This document shows positions 46,398-55,292 of a stretch of 63,591 nucleotides of DNA, one piece after another. A program made the position numbers and the translations under genes. Source of the stretch: a virus (lineage: Duplodnaviria; Caudoviricetes); IMG/VR virus record IMGVR_UViG_3300044835_000051, positions 1 through 63,591 of that record, one strand, 5' to 3'. The notes beneath the pieces are model-generated. The model worked only from the letters and a program-made list of their open reading frames with translations. It made no database searches and was not told where the DNA came from. Within the stretch, counting starts at the first letter, position 1; every line of letters starts with the position of its first letter.

Positions 46398-46729
46398 TGG
46401 AGTGCAACCCTCGCCCTGAGGAAGGACGGATTCGACCAGCCGTTCTCGCGGATGACGACAAGGTGTCCGGCCTTGATGCCGTGTGGGCCGCGGACGTGGC
46501 TGCCGTACTCGTCGAGGAACTCAACCTGCCACGCCTCGCCGCTCTCGGTCTGCGCGATCTCGACAATCGAGTCCGGGTGCAGGCTCGTCAGGCGCGCGAG
46601 CTTGCGCACCGCCGCGGGCGTCATCTGGATCGTCTCCAGCACCGCGTCAGTGATGATGGGGATCTTCTCGCGGCCGGGTGACGTGTCGCCACCCGGCCTC
46701 GTGTCTTCGTTACTCGCCGACGAAGGCAT
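46394..46729 (-). CDS. Hypothetical protein
   Basis: 111-aa ORF, start uncertain. Confidence 0.55.
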   Translation of the reverse strand: MPSSASNEDTRPGGDTSPGREKIPIITDAVLETIQMTPAAVRKLARLTSLHPDSIVEIAQTESGEAWQVEFLDEYGSHVRGPHGIKAGHLVVIRENGWSNPSFLRARVALQ

Positions 46730-47480
46730 CTTCGCCCTCTTGCGAGAACTCCGCCCCGGCGTCCTGGTCGGCTACGGCCTGACTGCCGTTCGGCGGCACC
46801 GCGCGATGCGCGACCTCGGGTGCCGGAGTCGGGTCGGACTTGGGCGGCACGGTCGCGACTGGGGCCGGCGTGGGCTCCGGCTTGGCGTCCGGACGTGCGT
46901 TCGGCTCCGGCGCCGGGGGCGGCACGGGGGGCTGCCCGTTGGTGGACGCAGCGGGGCGCTGACGCTTCGGCGCGGGCTTGACGATCTTGCCCTGAAGCGC
47001 CTGCTCGGCGATGTCCAGCCGGCGCAGCTCCTCCTTGTTCTTGGTCACGAGCGTCTCGTGGCGCTCCTTGGACGTCAGGTAGCCCTTCTCGTCTTCGGCC
47101 ACCACGGCCGCCGAGTGCTTCACCGCCGCCTCGATCTCGTCCTTGCGGTTGCGGATCACCTGAAGCGGCGTGTGTGGCTTCAGGAGCGTGCCCGAGGCGA
47201 GGACCGCCGTCCCCCGCTCGCCGAGCGCGGGCGCCCTGGCGGTCGTCCGCTTAGCCCGTGAAGGCCGCTTACGGGCCGCTGCCCGGCGGGTGCCAGGCTT
47301 GCGCGGCGACGTCCGCGCCTTCGACGCCTTCGGAGCCTTCTTCATGCGGCGTAGGTGCTGATAGATCGCGTTCGAGGACACGCCGAGCTTGTCGGCGACC
47401 TCGGTCGGCGTGAAGTCCTTGTCGAGCAGCGCCTTGATTTCCTTCTGGCGCGGCGTGAGGTCTGTCGTTGCCGTGGCCAT
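46710..47480 (-). CDS. HTH DNA-binding protein with basic, coiled-coil and Pro-rich regions
   Basis: LTPRQKEIKALL..PTEVADKLGVSSNAIYQHLRR; GGAGGA SD before ATG 47480. Confidence 0.75.
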   Translation of the reverse strand: MATATTDLTPRQKEIKALLDKDFTPTEVADKLGVSSNAIYQHLRRMKKAPKASKARTSPRKPGTRRAAARKRPSRAKRTTARAPALGERGTAVLASGTLLKPHTPLQVIRNRKDEIEAAVKHSAAVVAEDEKGYLTSKERHETLVTKNKEELRRLDIAEQALQGKIVKPAPKRQRPAASTNGQPPVPPPAPEPNARPDAKPEPTPAPVATVPPKSDPTPAPEVAHRAVPPNGSQAVADQDAGAEFSQEGEDAFVGE

Positions 47481-47532
47481 GCGTTCCTCCAGTGTAGGTA
47501 AGTGTTTGGCGTGGCAGGTTACCACACGAGCG

Positions 47533-47724
47533 TCACTGCAGTGAAGCCCTCTCCGTCCACGGCCGACTAACCTCGGCGACGAGGGCTTCGGCCGCCTCGG
47601 TGGTCATCGCGTACTGGTCAGCGATCGTCTGAACGACCTCCTTCCTCGGGTACTCCAGCAGCAGCAGCAGCCTGGTCATCGCTGACGGCGTCCGTAGCTT
47701 CTCGGGCAGCTTGTGCGGCGGCAT
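47533..47724 (-). CDS. Small hypothetical protein
   Basis: AGGAGG SD. Confidence 0.55.
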   Translation of the reverse strand: MPPHKLPEKLRTPSAMTRLLLLLEYPRKEVVQTIADQYAMTTEAAEALVAEVSRPWTERASLQ

Positions 47725-48043
47725 CTATGGCCTCCTGTAGTCGTGCCTCATGGTCACGTTCGGCTCGCTCAAACGGGCGAGCCCTCTCCTGAAGCGCGAC
47801 GTTGTACGGCGCGAGGACTTCGCGCAGCACGTGGCGCCCATTGATCGCGCCGGGAAGCATCCACGACCCGAATCGGCGATGGACGTAGAACGCCTCCTCG
47901 CCGATCAGGACCCTGGCGTGCAGATACCCGTCACGGTGCCGGCCGAACTTGTCGACCGTAAACTGCTTCATCGCCCACTCATCACGGAGCAGGCGCCCTA
48001 CGGTGGACGCGGCCTCCTGCGCCGCGCGGTCCAGGCGGCTCAT
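47618..48043 (-). CDS. Hypothetical protein
   Basis: ATGA coupling at 48040-48043; YVHRRFGSW core. Confidence 0.55.
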   Translation of the reverse strand: MSRLDRAAQEAASTVGRLLRDEWAMKQFTVDKFGRHRDGYLHARVLIGEEAFYVHRRFGSWMLPGAINGRHVLREVLAPYNVALQERARPFERAERDHEARLQEAIDAAAQAAREATDAVSDDQAAAAAGVPEEGGRSDDR

Positions 48044-48267
48044 GTCTCGGCGAGCGTGAGCGGCCCGCGGGCGGTCGACCACCCGCGGTCGCCGATTCGG
48101 GTCGTGGATGCTATGCCCGCGCTGTTGAGCGCGGTGTTGATCTCGTTGATGATCTCCTCGGCGCTCGCACCCGCCCTCCACAGCCTCTCGAACATCTCGG
48201 TCGCGTTGCCCTGGAACTCGTTGCTGGCGTCGGTGAAGGCGTCGTCGTCGTACTCGTTCGGGTTCAT
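48040..48267 (-). CDS. Small acidic hypothetical protein
   Basis: GGAGGAG SD, coupled. Confidence 0.6.
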   Translation of the reverse strand: MNPNEYDDDAFTDASNEFQGNATEMFERLWRAGASAEEIINEINTALNSAGIASTTRIGDRGWSTARGPLTLAET

Positions 48268-48488
48268 GGGTATCTCCTCCATAGGGTCGGTGGGACTTCG
48301 ACGTGCTCTGCCGCGACGGCGAGACCGTGCCGGGCGGGTCCTTCGGTGCGGTACGTCAACGGGAACGCCTTGCCGGCCCGATGGCGTTGCACGAGCCGTC
48401 CGTCCGAGACGATCGCGAAGTCGTGTCCCATCGGGACATCGTCCTCAGAGAAAACCCCCTTCGCGAGCGAGTAGGCCACCTCGGTCAT
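48264..48488 (-). CDS. Small hypothetical protein
   Basis: Coupled overlaps. Confidence 0.55.
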   Translation of the reverse strand: MTEVAYSLAKGVFSEDDVPMGHDFAIVSDGRLVQRHRAGKAFPLTYRTEGPARHGLAVAAEHVEVPPTLWRRYP

Positions 48489-48874
48489 TTCGCTCCCCCG
48501 GAGAAATCGTCCTTACGAGTGAACTCCCGTTGCTCCGTATAGTCGGCTCTGAGCTTTTCGATCACCTCGGCGAACGTCTCGTGGGTTTCCGGCCAGTCGT
48601 CGAGTTCGGCGGCGTTGAGCTGATCGGCGGTGAATCTGCCGTCTGCGAGCCCGAAGCGGACGGCGATGCTGTCCCACCCGTACCGGGCGAGCCAGCCGAC
48701 GCAGACGACCTCCTCGCCCTCGACCGACTGGTGACACCCGAACATCGGTGCGCCCAGCCCCGTCGCGGTGGTGGTGACGAGACCCTCCGCCATCTCCATC
48801 GAGAAGCCGGGGATGCCGCCGTGGGCGTCGACCCGCCACGGGCACGACGCGCACGGCCCGCGAATGGCGGTCAT
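48485..48874 (-). CDS. Cys-rich conserved phage protein (DUF6283-like)
   Basis: PCASCPWR..MFGCHQS..CVGWL. Confidence 0.65.
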   Translation of the reverse strand: MTAIRGPCASCPWRVDAHGGIPGFSMEMAEGLVTTTATGLGAPMFGCHQSVEGEEVVCVGWLARYGWDSIAVRFGLADGRFTADQLNAAELDDWPETHETFAEVIEKLRADYTEQREFTRKDDFSGGAK

Positions 48875-49242
48875 GTCTTGACCTCCGCGAAGGCGAACAC
48901 GGGGACCGGCTTGGCAGGTCCGTGAGCCCGCTCGTGTGCCCGACTCGCCGGAGCGTCGATGTGAACAGTGCAGATGTCGATCAGCCCGAACGCCGCCCAC
49001 GTGCAGTCAGGCAGCGGCGCCCACGGGACGAGCGGGTGGACGGTGCCTTTGGACGGGTCGAGCACCCGTTCCAGCGCGAGCCGGCCGATGCACTCAGACG
49101 GCGCTCGCTGGAAGTCGGCATCGCGTCGCCGGAAGTCATTGGGTGACGCCTCGTTGCCGCACGCCGGGCACACGAACTTACAGTCGAGCTTGCCGCGGCG
49201 CTCCATCTCCCTCTGCCATTCGCCGAGCGGAATCGCGCTCAT
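48871..49242 (-). CDS. VVA0879-like zinc-binding phage protein
   Basis: FVCPACG..DF..ECIGR..CTWAAFGL..PVFAFA. Confidence 0.65.
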   Translation of the reverse strand: MSAIPLGEWQREMERRGKLDCKFVCPACGNEASPNDFRRRDADFQRAPSECIGRLALERVLDPSKGTVHPLVPWAPLPDCTWAAFGLIDICTVHIDAPASRAHERAHGPAKPVPVFAFAEVKT

Positions 49243-49910
49243 GTCGGCATCAGCCCTCTGGCCCGCGCCACCGACCACTCCAACGCGGCGAGGTGCCGCC
49301 CCTCGGTGGTTTCCACGAGCGTGGGCAGCCCGGTGTCGATCGCCTCTGAGACCTCTTCGCGGGTGGCGCTACGGCCCTCGCGATACCACTCGCAATGGTC
49401 GGCCTCGCCGATGTTGAACAGCAGCCCGCCGTCGGCCGGCCTGAACGCGCGGTACTTCAATGTTGTCCAGCACAACGTCACGCCGGGGTTGCGCTCGATC
49501 ATCATGCCGGTCACGTTCTCCTTCAGCGGCCCGGTCACCTCGTCGATGCGTCGCCGGGCATGCGGGCGCGACAGGAACGGGCACGCCATCGCCGACCATG
49601 TAGCGCAGTCCAGATGCGACGGCGGCTCGGCGGAGATGCGATTGACCGCGCACATCGGGCCGATCACGAACGTCTTGTAAGCGCCGAGCCGCTGACCGCA
49701 TACCCAGCATAGGCTCCGCTTGACGCAGGCGACGAGGTGACGGTCGTCCATGATGCGGAAGTCGGGCGTCCCCACACCGAACTCAGCCCCCTCCCCGTCG
49801 TCCATCCATTGCACGAAGCGAGGCACCGGGTAGCCGCGGGGTGAGAGCGGCAGGCGCTTCATGCGGTCGGGCATTGGCGGCAGCTCGGGCCGCAGCTTCA
49901 CATCGGTCAT
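49239..49910 (-). CDS. Conserved phage zinc-binding protein
   Basis: YPVPRFV..PDFR..CWVCG..EPPSHLDCA..ACPFL. Confidence 0.7.
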   Translation of the reverse strand: MTDVKLRPELPPMPDRMKRLPLSPRGYPVPRFVQWMDDGEGAEFGVGTPDFRIMDDRHLVACVKRSLCWVCGQRLGAYKTFVIGPMCAVNRISAEPPSHLDCATWSAMACPFLSRPHARRRIDEVTGPLKENVTGMMIERNPGVTLCWTTLKYRAFRPADGGLLFNIGEADHCEWYREGRSATREEVSEAIDTGLPTLVETTEGRHLAALEWSVARARGLMPT

Positions 49911-50104
49911 CGCGCACGCTCGGCCCGGTGCTTGGCGCGTACGCGCCTCCCCGTTCGGCGACTCAGGGCGGCGATGGTCGCGGGTGAGTCGCCGAGCGCC
50001 TCACGGGCGGCGCGAATCTGGCGAAGCTCCGCTACGAGCTTCTCTTCGGCCCGGTTGAGGTCGGCGCGAGTCTCCTCGACGGGACTGCTGACAACTGTAC
50101 TCAT
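49907..50104 (-). CDS. Small coiled-coil/basic protein
   Basis: AAGGA SD, coupled. Confidence 0.55.
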   Translation of the reverse strand: MSTVVSSPVEETRADLNRAEEKLVAELRQIRAAREALGDSPATIAALSRRTGRRVRAKHRAERAR

Positions 50105-50709
50105 GGCATGTCCTTCCGTTGGGGGTCGTACGGTACGGTCAAGATCGGCCAGTCGTCATCGTTGCGCATGTCCAGATGCGGGGCGCGCCTGGCTCCGTGC
50201 GCGATTTCCCTGGCGGAACGGTCGAGCATCGGCAGCCCCGCCCCGTCTTCGTTATAGGCAAGCGCCAGTTCGGTCGTGAACATGACACCCCAGTATGCCC
50301 AGCCGGCGACCGGGAGGAACGGCAGCAACGTCTCGTGAACGTACTGGTCGACGTCCACGGTCGGTAGCGTCACCTCGACCACGCCGCCGTCCGGTGCGAC
50401 GCACCAGCCGTGCGTGATCGCGTGACCCTGACCCGACCAGAAGTACCCTTCGCAGTAGGTCAGCGACGGGTCGGTCATCGTCGCCCGCAGCGCGTTCGCG
50501 AAGCACTCCGACTCGGCGCCAACCGCCCACTCGTACTGGTCGGGGAGTTTGCGCCCCGTGTAGAACTTGCCATGCCGAAGGACGAGATCGGCGCCACCCC
50601 GGTAATGATAGTCGAGGTGAGCCCACCTCTCACGGCGCAACTCCAGATCGGCCCTAAGCGCCTGGCGGTTACGATCGGCCGGCTTGGGGAGACTATCGAA
50701 GATGCTCAC
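50101..50709 (-). CDS. Hypothetical protein, possible Cys-His (transglutaminase-like) fold
   Basis: ECFANA..YCEGY..HGWCV..EVT..YWGV. Confidence 0.55.
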   Translation of the reverse strand: MSIFDSLPKPADRNRQALRADLELRRERWAHLDYHYRGGADLVLRHGKFYTGRKLPDQYEWAVGAESECFANALRATMTDPSLTYCEGYFWSGQGHAITHGWCVAPDGGVVEVTLPTVDVDQYVHETLLPFLPVAGWAYWGVMFTTELALAYNEDGAGLPMLDRSAREIAHGARRAPHLDMRNDDDWPILTVPYDPQRKDMP

Positions 50710-50999
50710 ATGCCCTCCACCGGGTTCTCGCCCGGCCCGTCGATCAGCCTGATGCATCGAATCGCGACAGCCGCGACCTGTAGTAATTCCTCGCGCGTGT
50801 GGCGCCAGCCCCGAGGCCGTGCGTGCCCCCGCTCCTCGCGCCATGCGTTACGAGCCTCCTCGACCTCGTCTTCGAGGCACGCGATGCCCAACCTCAGCTT
50901 CCCCAGGTCGGTCTCGGCAGAGAACGTCCCGTGCTTGTGGTCCTGGCGGGCGATCTCGTCGCCGAGTTCGTTGAACTTGTAGCTCGTGTAGCTCTTCAC
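50706..50999 (-). CDS. MazG-like/all-alpha NTP pyrophosphatase-fold protein
   Basis: EIARQDHKHG..LEDEVEEA..REELLQVAAVAIR. Confidence 0.6.
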   Translation of the reverse strand: MKSYTSYKFNELGDEIARQDHKHGTFSAETDLGKLRLGIACLEDEVEEARNAWREERGHARPRGWRHTREELLQVAAVAIRCIRLIDGPGENPVEGM

Positions 51000-51577
51000 G
51001 GTGTCAGCTCCGGCTTCTCGGTGGGCATGGGCAGGAGCACATCGACGGTCGGTATCTCGTCAAGGAAGGCACGCGCCTCGTCTGACTGCACGTCGCCGAG
51101 GAGCAGCTTCTCTTGAAGGTCAAGGCGGATCGCGTCGAGCGACCGGCCGCCCTGACCGCGCTCCACCACCAGCCGGCGAATCTCCGCAGCGATCTGTTCC
51201 TCCAGGTTGACCGGCGCCCACGCATTTGTGACATCGAAGGTGAGCGGGTCGACTGCGTGTGTCTCGATGACCTGGGGGCCGACAAAGGCCGACTTCTTGG
51301 GATTGTAGCGATGGAAGGTGTGTATCTCGCCGGGGATAACGCCCGTCTCCGCGATTGCCTCGACCTCCGCCAGTACGTCGGCCTGGAGCGCTTTAGCACG
51401 GTTGACGAGCTTCAGCATGCGCTTTTCCGCCGCCGCGCACGCCCGCGTGGACTCGGCGATCAGCCGGTCGCGAATCTCCTCCTCGACCTGCTCGCGGCGA
51501 GTGTCAAGCTCTGCCTGTAGGGCCTTGAAGCGCTGGTCGATGATCTTCGCCAGCGCACGGCGCTCTGTGCTGTTCAT
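50996..51577 (-). CDS. Coiled-coil hypothetical protein
   Basis: 193-aa ORF, GGAGGA SD. Confidence 0.65.
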   Translation of the reverse strand: MNSTERRALAKIIDQRFKALQAELDTRREQVEEEIRDRLIAESTRACAAAEKRMLKLVNRAKALQADVLAEVEAIAETGVIPGEIHTFHRYNPKKSAFVGPQVIETHAVDPLTFDVTNAWAPVNLEEQIAAEIRRLVVERGQGGRSLDAIRLDLQEKLLLGDVQSDEARAFLDEIPTVDVLLPMPTEKPELTP

Positions 51578-51996
51578 CTTGTCGGGTCCTCCGTGGGTCG
51601 TGAGTCGTGATGTACGGGTGGTCCGTCGCGGTTGGCCCAGAACTGGTCGTGCAGCCGCCGGACGTGCTCGGTGGCGTTCGAGAGCACCAGCGGTATGTCC
51701 GGGTTGTTGCGGATCATGCGCTTGGCGGAGCGCCTCGCGAGACGGTCACGGTCACCGCGCTGAATCAGCGCATGACATGCAGAGCATGCAGCCCAGCCGC
51801 CGTGGGAGAACCCCTCGATGTCCATCTCCTCTACGCGGAGACTGCCGTCCGGGCGTTGGATCAGGGCCTCGGCGTGCGCCTGGCGGTTGTGGTCGCGGCA
51901 CGGATAGCTCCAGCGGACGTCGGGCGAGGAACAGAAGTCACAAATCGGCCCCTCAGCCGGCGCGGTCAGCATGAAAAGATGGTCGGGCGCGCTCAC
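51574..51996 (-). CDS. Zinc-binding hypothetical protein
   Basis: CDFCS..WAACSACH. Confidence 0.65.
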   Translation of the reverse strand: MSAPDHLFMLTAPAEGPICDFCSSPDVRWSYPCRDHNRQAHAEALIQRPDGSLRVEEMDIEGFSHGGWAACSACHALIQRGDRDRLARRSAKRMIRNNPDIPLVLSNATEHVRRLHDQFWANRDGPPVHHDSRPTEDPTR

Positions 51997-52086
51997 GCCG
52001 GCACCTCGTTGATCTCGCCGTCACGCATCGACAGCATCAGGTCCTCCGCCGTGCGGACGGTGATGGTGCGGTGGTGCGCAGAACTC

Positions 52087-52275
52087 TCACTCGTAACTCC
52101 AGTAGATTGAATGGTTGAAGCTGCGGCTGACGACACGCCCGTGTTTACTCACGTGAAAGCTGGTGCCGTTGGGCACTGTCAGCTCAACGTGCCCGTCGGT
52201 GAAGCCCTCGTTTACGTGGACGCGACCGTGCGCCTGGGCTAGTAGTCCGCACAGGTCCTCCTGCTGGCGTGTCAT
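52087..52275 (-). CDS. Small hypothetical protein
   Basis: Coupled, AGGA SD. Confidence 0.5.
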   Translation of the reverse strand: MTRQQEDLCGLLAQAHGRVHVNEGFTDGHVELTVPNGTSFHVSKHGRVVSRSFNHSIYWSYE

Positions 52276-52523
52276 GTCCTGACCACGATTGTCTGGTCGT
52301 GACGCTCAAAGCGCATGGTGAAGCCCTCGCCGGCCCGGAGGGACTGAAGTAGCTCGGCGACGACCTCCAGCGCTGCGGTGCGACTGTAGGTCTGCTCGAT
52401 GCACTTGCCCTCCTGCGCGAACAGGCGGGCATGCGAACCGCGCCGGCTGTCGGTCGTCGCGACGGTGAAGCGGTGCACCTCGTTGGGGTGATGCTCACCG
52501 TTGGTGTTGGTCTGTCTGGTCAT
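52272..52523 (-). CDS. Small hypothetical protein
   Basis: GGAGG SD before MTRQTNT. Confidence 0.55.
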   Translation of the reverse strand: MTRQTNTNGEHHPNEVHRFTVATTDSRRGSHARLFAQEGKCIEQTYSRTAALEVVAELLQSLRAGEGFTMRFERHDQTIVVRT

Positions 52524-52539
52524 AGGTGCCTCCAGGGTT

Positions 52540-53718
52540 TTACGCTTGACGATTTTGTCGATCGTGCTCCAGCTCCCTCGCACGGGTGATGCCGGCTTCA
52601 CTCAACTGCCTGCCGCCATGCGTCACACACACGAGCCCTTCGGCGATCAGGAACGGCTCGACGAAGAGCGCAATCGCCTTCGTGTCGCGGCCATGCCCCA
52701 GCGCCGTCGCCACGGTGTTGACGGAGGCTTGGTGGACTACGTGGCCATCGCGCGACTCGCGACGTGAGCGCAGGAGCACTGTGAGCATCATCTGCATGTC
52801 TCGCGTGAGGCCGTCCCACGTGCAGCCGTTGAGGTCGTGGATGACCTCGCGTGCTAGGTCGTCGGTGACGACGATCGAGCCGAGCGACCTGGCGTTCTTG
52901 ACAAAAGTGTTCAGTTGCCTCGGACTACGGCGCGACGCCCGTCCGAGCGTAGCTGCCGCGCTGACCTCGATGCGAAGCCCGAGGGAGCGAGCGTTGGCTT
53001 GCGCCAGCACCGCCATGTCGTCCCACGTGTAGGGGTCGAGGGTGATGTCCAGTGGGAAGCGGTTTATCATCGCCTCGGGCAGAAGGCCCGAATCGGTGGT
53101 GCAGCCGACGAACGTCACCGCGGGAAAGTCGACCATGCCGCCCGGTGTCGGCAGGCGCCGGTCTTCGAGCGCGTGGTAGAAATCTTCCGGTTTGGCGGCC
53201 TGCGTGACGCCACGCCGGTCGGCCTGGACGATCATGTGCACCTCGTCAACGATCACCACGTCGCCGGCCTTGCAGGTGACGCGCATCGCCTCCAGCACGT
53301 CGAGACCGACCGGAGCCTCGACTTGGTATACGGTGCGACCGAGTCGGTGCGCCACGCACTGCGCGAACGTCGTCTTGCCCGACCCCGAGGCGCCCGTGAG
53401 GAGCATGTGGTCGAGCGGCTGGCCCGTCCGCTGGGCGTTGTCGATGATGCGCGCGAACAGCGCCTTGAGACGTGCCTGGCCTACGAGTTGGTCGAACGTC
53501 TGCGGTCGAAGCTCGTTTCCCGACCTCTCATCGAAGCTGAGCGGCTTCAGCTCGATCTTCGGGCCGGCACTCTTGGCGACCCTGCGCGCAGCGATGCGCG
53601 CCTCGGCTTCGCGGCCCGCCCGGACCGCGGCGGTGCGATGGTCAGACAGGGCGCTGTAGGCGCTGCGGCGCAGAGCGTGGTCGAAGCCGTGGCGCAGTGG
53701 GTTGTCATCGTGGGACAT
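52540..53718 (-). CDS. ruvB: RuvB-like Holliday junction branch-migration ATPase
   Basis: LRPQTFDQLVGQ, LDHMLLTGASGSGKTT, IVDEVH, YHALED, VGCTTDSGLL..NRF, SPRQL, GLTRDM, VEPFLIAEGL..THGGR. Confidence 0.88.
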   Translation of the reverse strand: MSHDDNPLRHGFDHALRRSAYSALSDHRTAAVRAGREAEARIAARRVAKSAGPKIELKPLSFDERSGNELRPQTFDQLVGQARLKALFARIIDNAQRTGQPLDHMLLTGASGSGKTTFAQCVAHRLGRTVYQVEAPVGLDVLEAMRVTCKAGDVVIVDEVHMIVQADRRGVTQAAKPEDFYHALEDRRLPTPGGMVDFPAVTFVGCTTDSGLLPEAMINRFPLDITLDPYTWDDMAVLAQANARSLGLRIEVSAAATLGRASRRSPRQLNTFVKNARSLGSIVVTDDLAREVIHDLNGCTWDGLTRDMQMMLTVLLRSRRESRDGHVVHQASVNTVATALGHGRDTKAIALFVEPFLIAEGLVCVTHGGRQLSEAGITRARELEHDRQNRQA

Positions 53719-53760
53719 CTGTCTCCAGTCGTGGGTGTGGCAGTATGCCACAGTTTGCCA

Positions 53761-54747
53761 TCAGCCGGTGAGCTTGCGCAACTGCTTGTTTAGCAGCCCC
53801 AACTTGGCGTTGACCTCGTCCTGCTCCTCCTTCAGCACGTCGGCGTACTGGGCGGCGCGGCGGCGGAACTGCGCGAGGCGGTTCCAGTGGAACTCTTCCA
53901 CGTTGGTGCGGACGTCACGCTTACGCTCGCCTTGCAGGAGCTTCGCCGCGTCCACGATCGCCGCCTCCATCTCCTCGACGCAGTTGGCGGTGTGAGCAGC
54001 GCGGACCATCTCACGCTCCGAGCGGCCGTCCGCCATCGCCGTCGTGCGCAGGTAGGCGCGGCCCTCGGGCTCGTAGAGCTTCTCCAGCAGCATCGACAGC
54101 GACTCCAGCTCGGCCTCGAACTTGACGAGGACGAAATAGGGCGCCCCGCGCCGGCCGTCAGCCCCGCCGAGCGGCTCGCCCGACAGGCCGTGGACGCCCA
54201 TCTGCTCGTCGAACTCGCCCTTGATGTAATTGCGCACGATCGAACGTACCTTGGCGCCCGTCACCGTCTTGCCCTTGGCCTCGAACTCCTCGTCGATCTC
54301 TTGCATGATCGGCAGCACTTCGGACTTCGGGACGTCGCCGAGCGGCTTATAGCCGATCTCGCCCGTCACCTTCGAGAACCAGACACGCAACGCCGCTTCG
54401 TAGATGACCACGCGCTCCTCGGCGTCGCGTACCACGCGGGTCACCTGGTAGATGATGTCCTCGGAGTTCTCCAACACGTCACGCACGTCGGTCTCGGTGA
54501 CGACCGAACCGTCGCGCTTGATGCCCGCCTGCCCGCGCACCGTCCTCTTGAAGGCGTCGGCGGCGCGAATGTCCTTGGGGAACATCTCGACCGGCAGGCC
54601 GGCGAGCCCACCGAGGCGCCGCAGCCGGCGCAGCGACACGTCCTGGTCGGGCGTCGAGTACCACGTGATGAAGCCGAGCTTCTTGACCTTCGAGTCTTTG
54701 GACACCGCCATCATGTCCTTCAGCCTGGGTGCGGTTGCGGTGGCCAT
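53761..54747 (-). CDS. Conserved hypothetical protein (DUF6744-like) linked to MoxR/vWA
   Basis: LGFITWYS..P..RAADAFKR..G..YFV pattern; AAGGAG SD. Confidence 0.55.
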   Translation of the reverse strand: MATATAPRLKDMMAVSKDSKVKKLGFITWYSTPDQDVSLRRLRRLGGLAGLPVEMFPKDIRAADAFKRTVRGQAGIKRDGSVVTETDVRDVLENSEDIIYQVTRVVRDAEERVVIYEAALRVWFSKVTGEIGYKPLGDVPKSEVLPIMQEIDEEFEAKGKTVTGAKVRSIVRNYIKGEFDEQMGVHGLSGEPLGGADGRRGAPYFVLVKFEAELESLSMLLEKLYEPEGRAYLRTTAMADGRSEREMVRAAHTANCVEEMEAAIVDAAKLLQGERKRDVRTNVEEFHWNRLAQFRRRAAQYADVLKEEQDEVNAKLGLLNKQLRKLTG

Positions 54748-54757
54748 GCGTACTCCT

Positions 54758-55288
54758 TTACAGTTGATCGGAAGTTAGATGGTAGAGCTTGTGGCAGCTA
54801 GCGCAGAGCCACTCGATGTCGAGCGGCCTGCCGTAGTCGGGGTGGTGAGCTTGCACGACGCACTTGCGGCCACATTTGGGGCAGCGCTCGGGGCGCACGA
54901 GATCACCGCGCTTCACGGCGTCTCGCACCTTGCGGCGCGCGGCTACTGCCTCCGGCGACTCGGCCGCACGCCTACGCGCCTCGGAGCGGGCGACCTCGGC
55001 GTTGCGCTCGTACGTCCCCTTGGCGGACTTGCGGTAGATGTCGCGGTTCTTGGCGCGATACTGCCGTTGGTACTCGTCGGTCCGCTCCGGGTGGCGAGCC
55101 CGGTACTTTCGTGCCGCCTCGCGCCCGGTGTCCCGACGCTCCTCGGGGGTCTTCGCCGCTCGGTTGCGAGCCGTGCGGTCACGGACGCACTGCTTGCATT
55201 CGGATTGCAGACCGTCTGGCCTCCGCCCGTCGGCGTAGAACTCACCGACCTCCTTCAACCCTCCGCAATTCGTGCAGCGATGCAACAT
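54758..55288 (-). CDS. HNH-type endonuclease with N-terminal zinc finger
   Basis: CTNCG..EFY..DGLQSECKQC; CPKCG..AHHPDY..PLDIEWLCASCH. Confidence 0.8.
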   Translation of the reverse strand: MLHRCTNCGGLKEVGEFYADGRRPDGLQSECKQCVRDRTARNRAAKTPEERRDTGREAARKYRARHPERTDEYQRQYRAKNRDIYRKSAKGTYERNAEVARSEARRRAAESPEAVAARRKVRDAVKRGDLVRPERCPKCGRKCVVQAHHPDYGRPLDIEWLCASCHKLYHLTSDQL

Positions 55289-55292
55289 TGAC

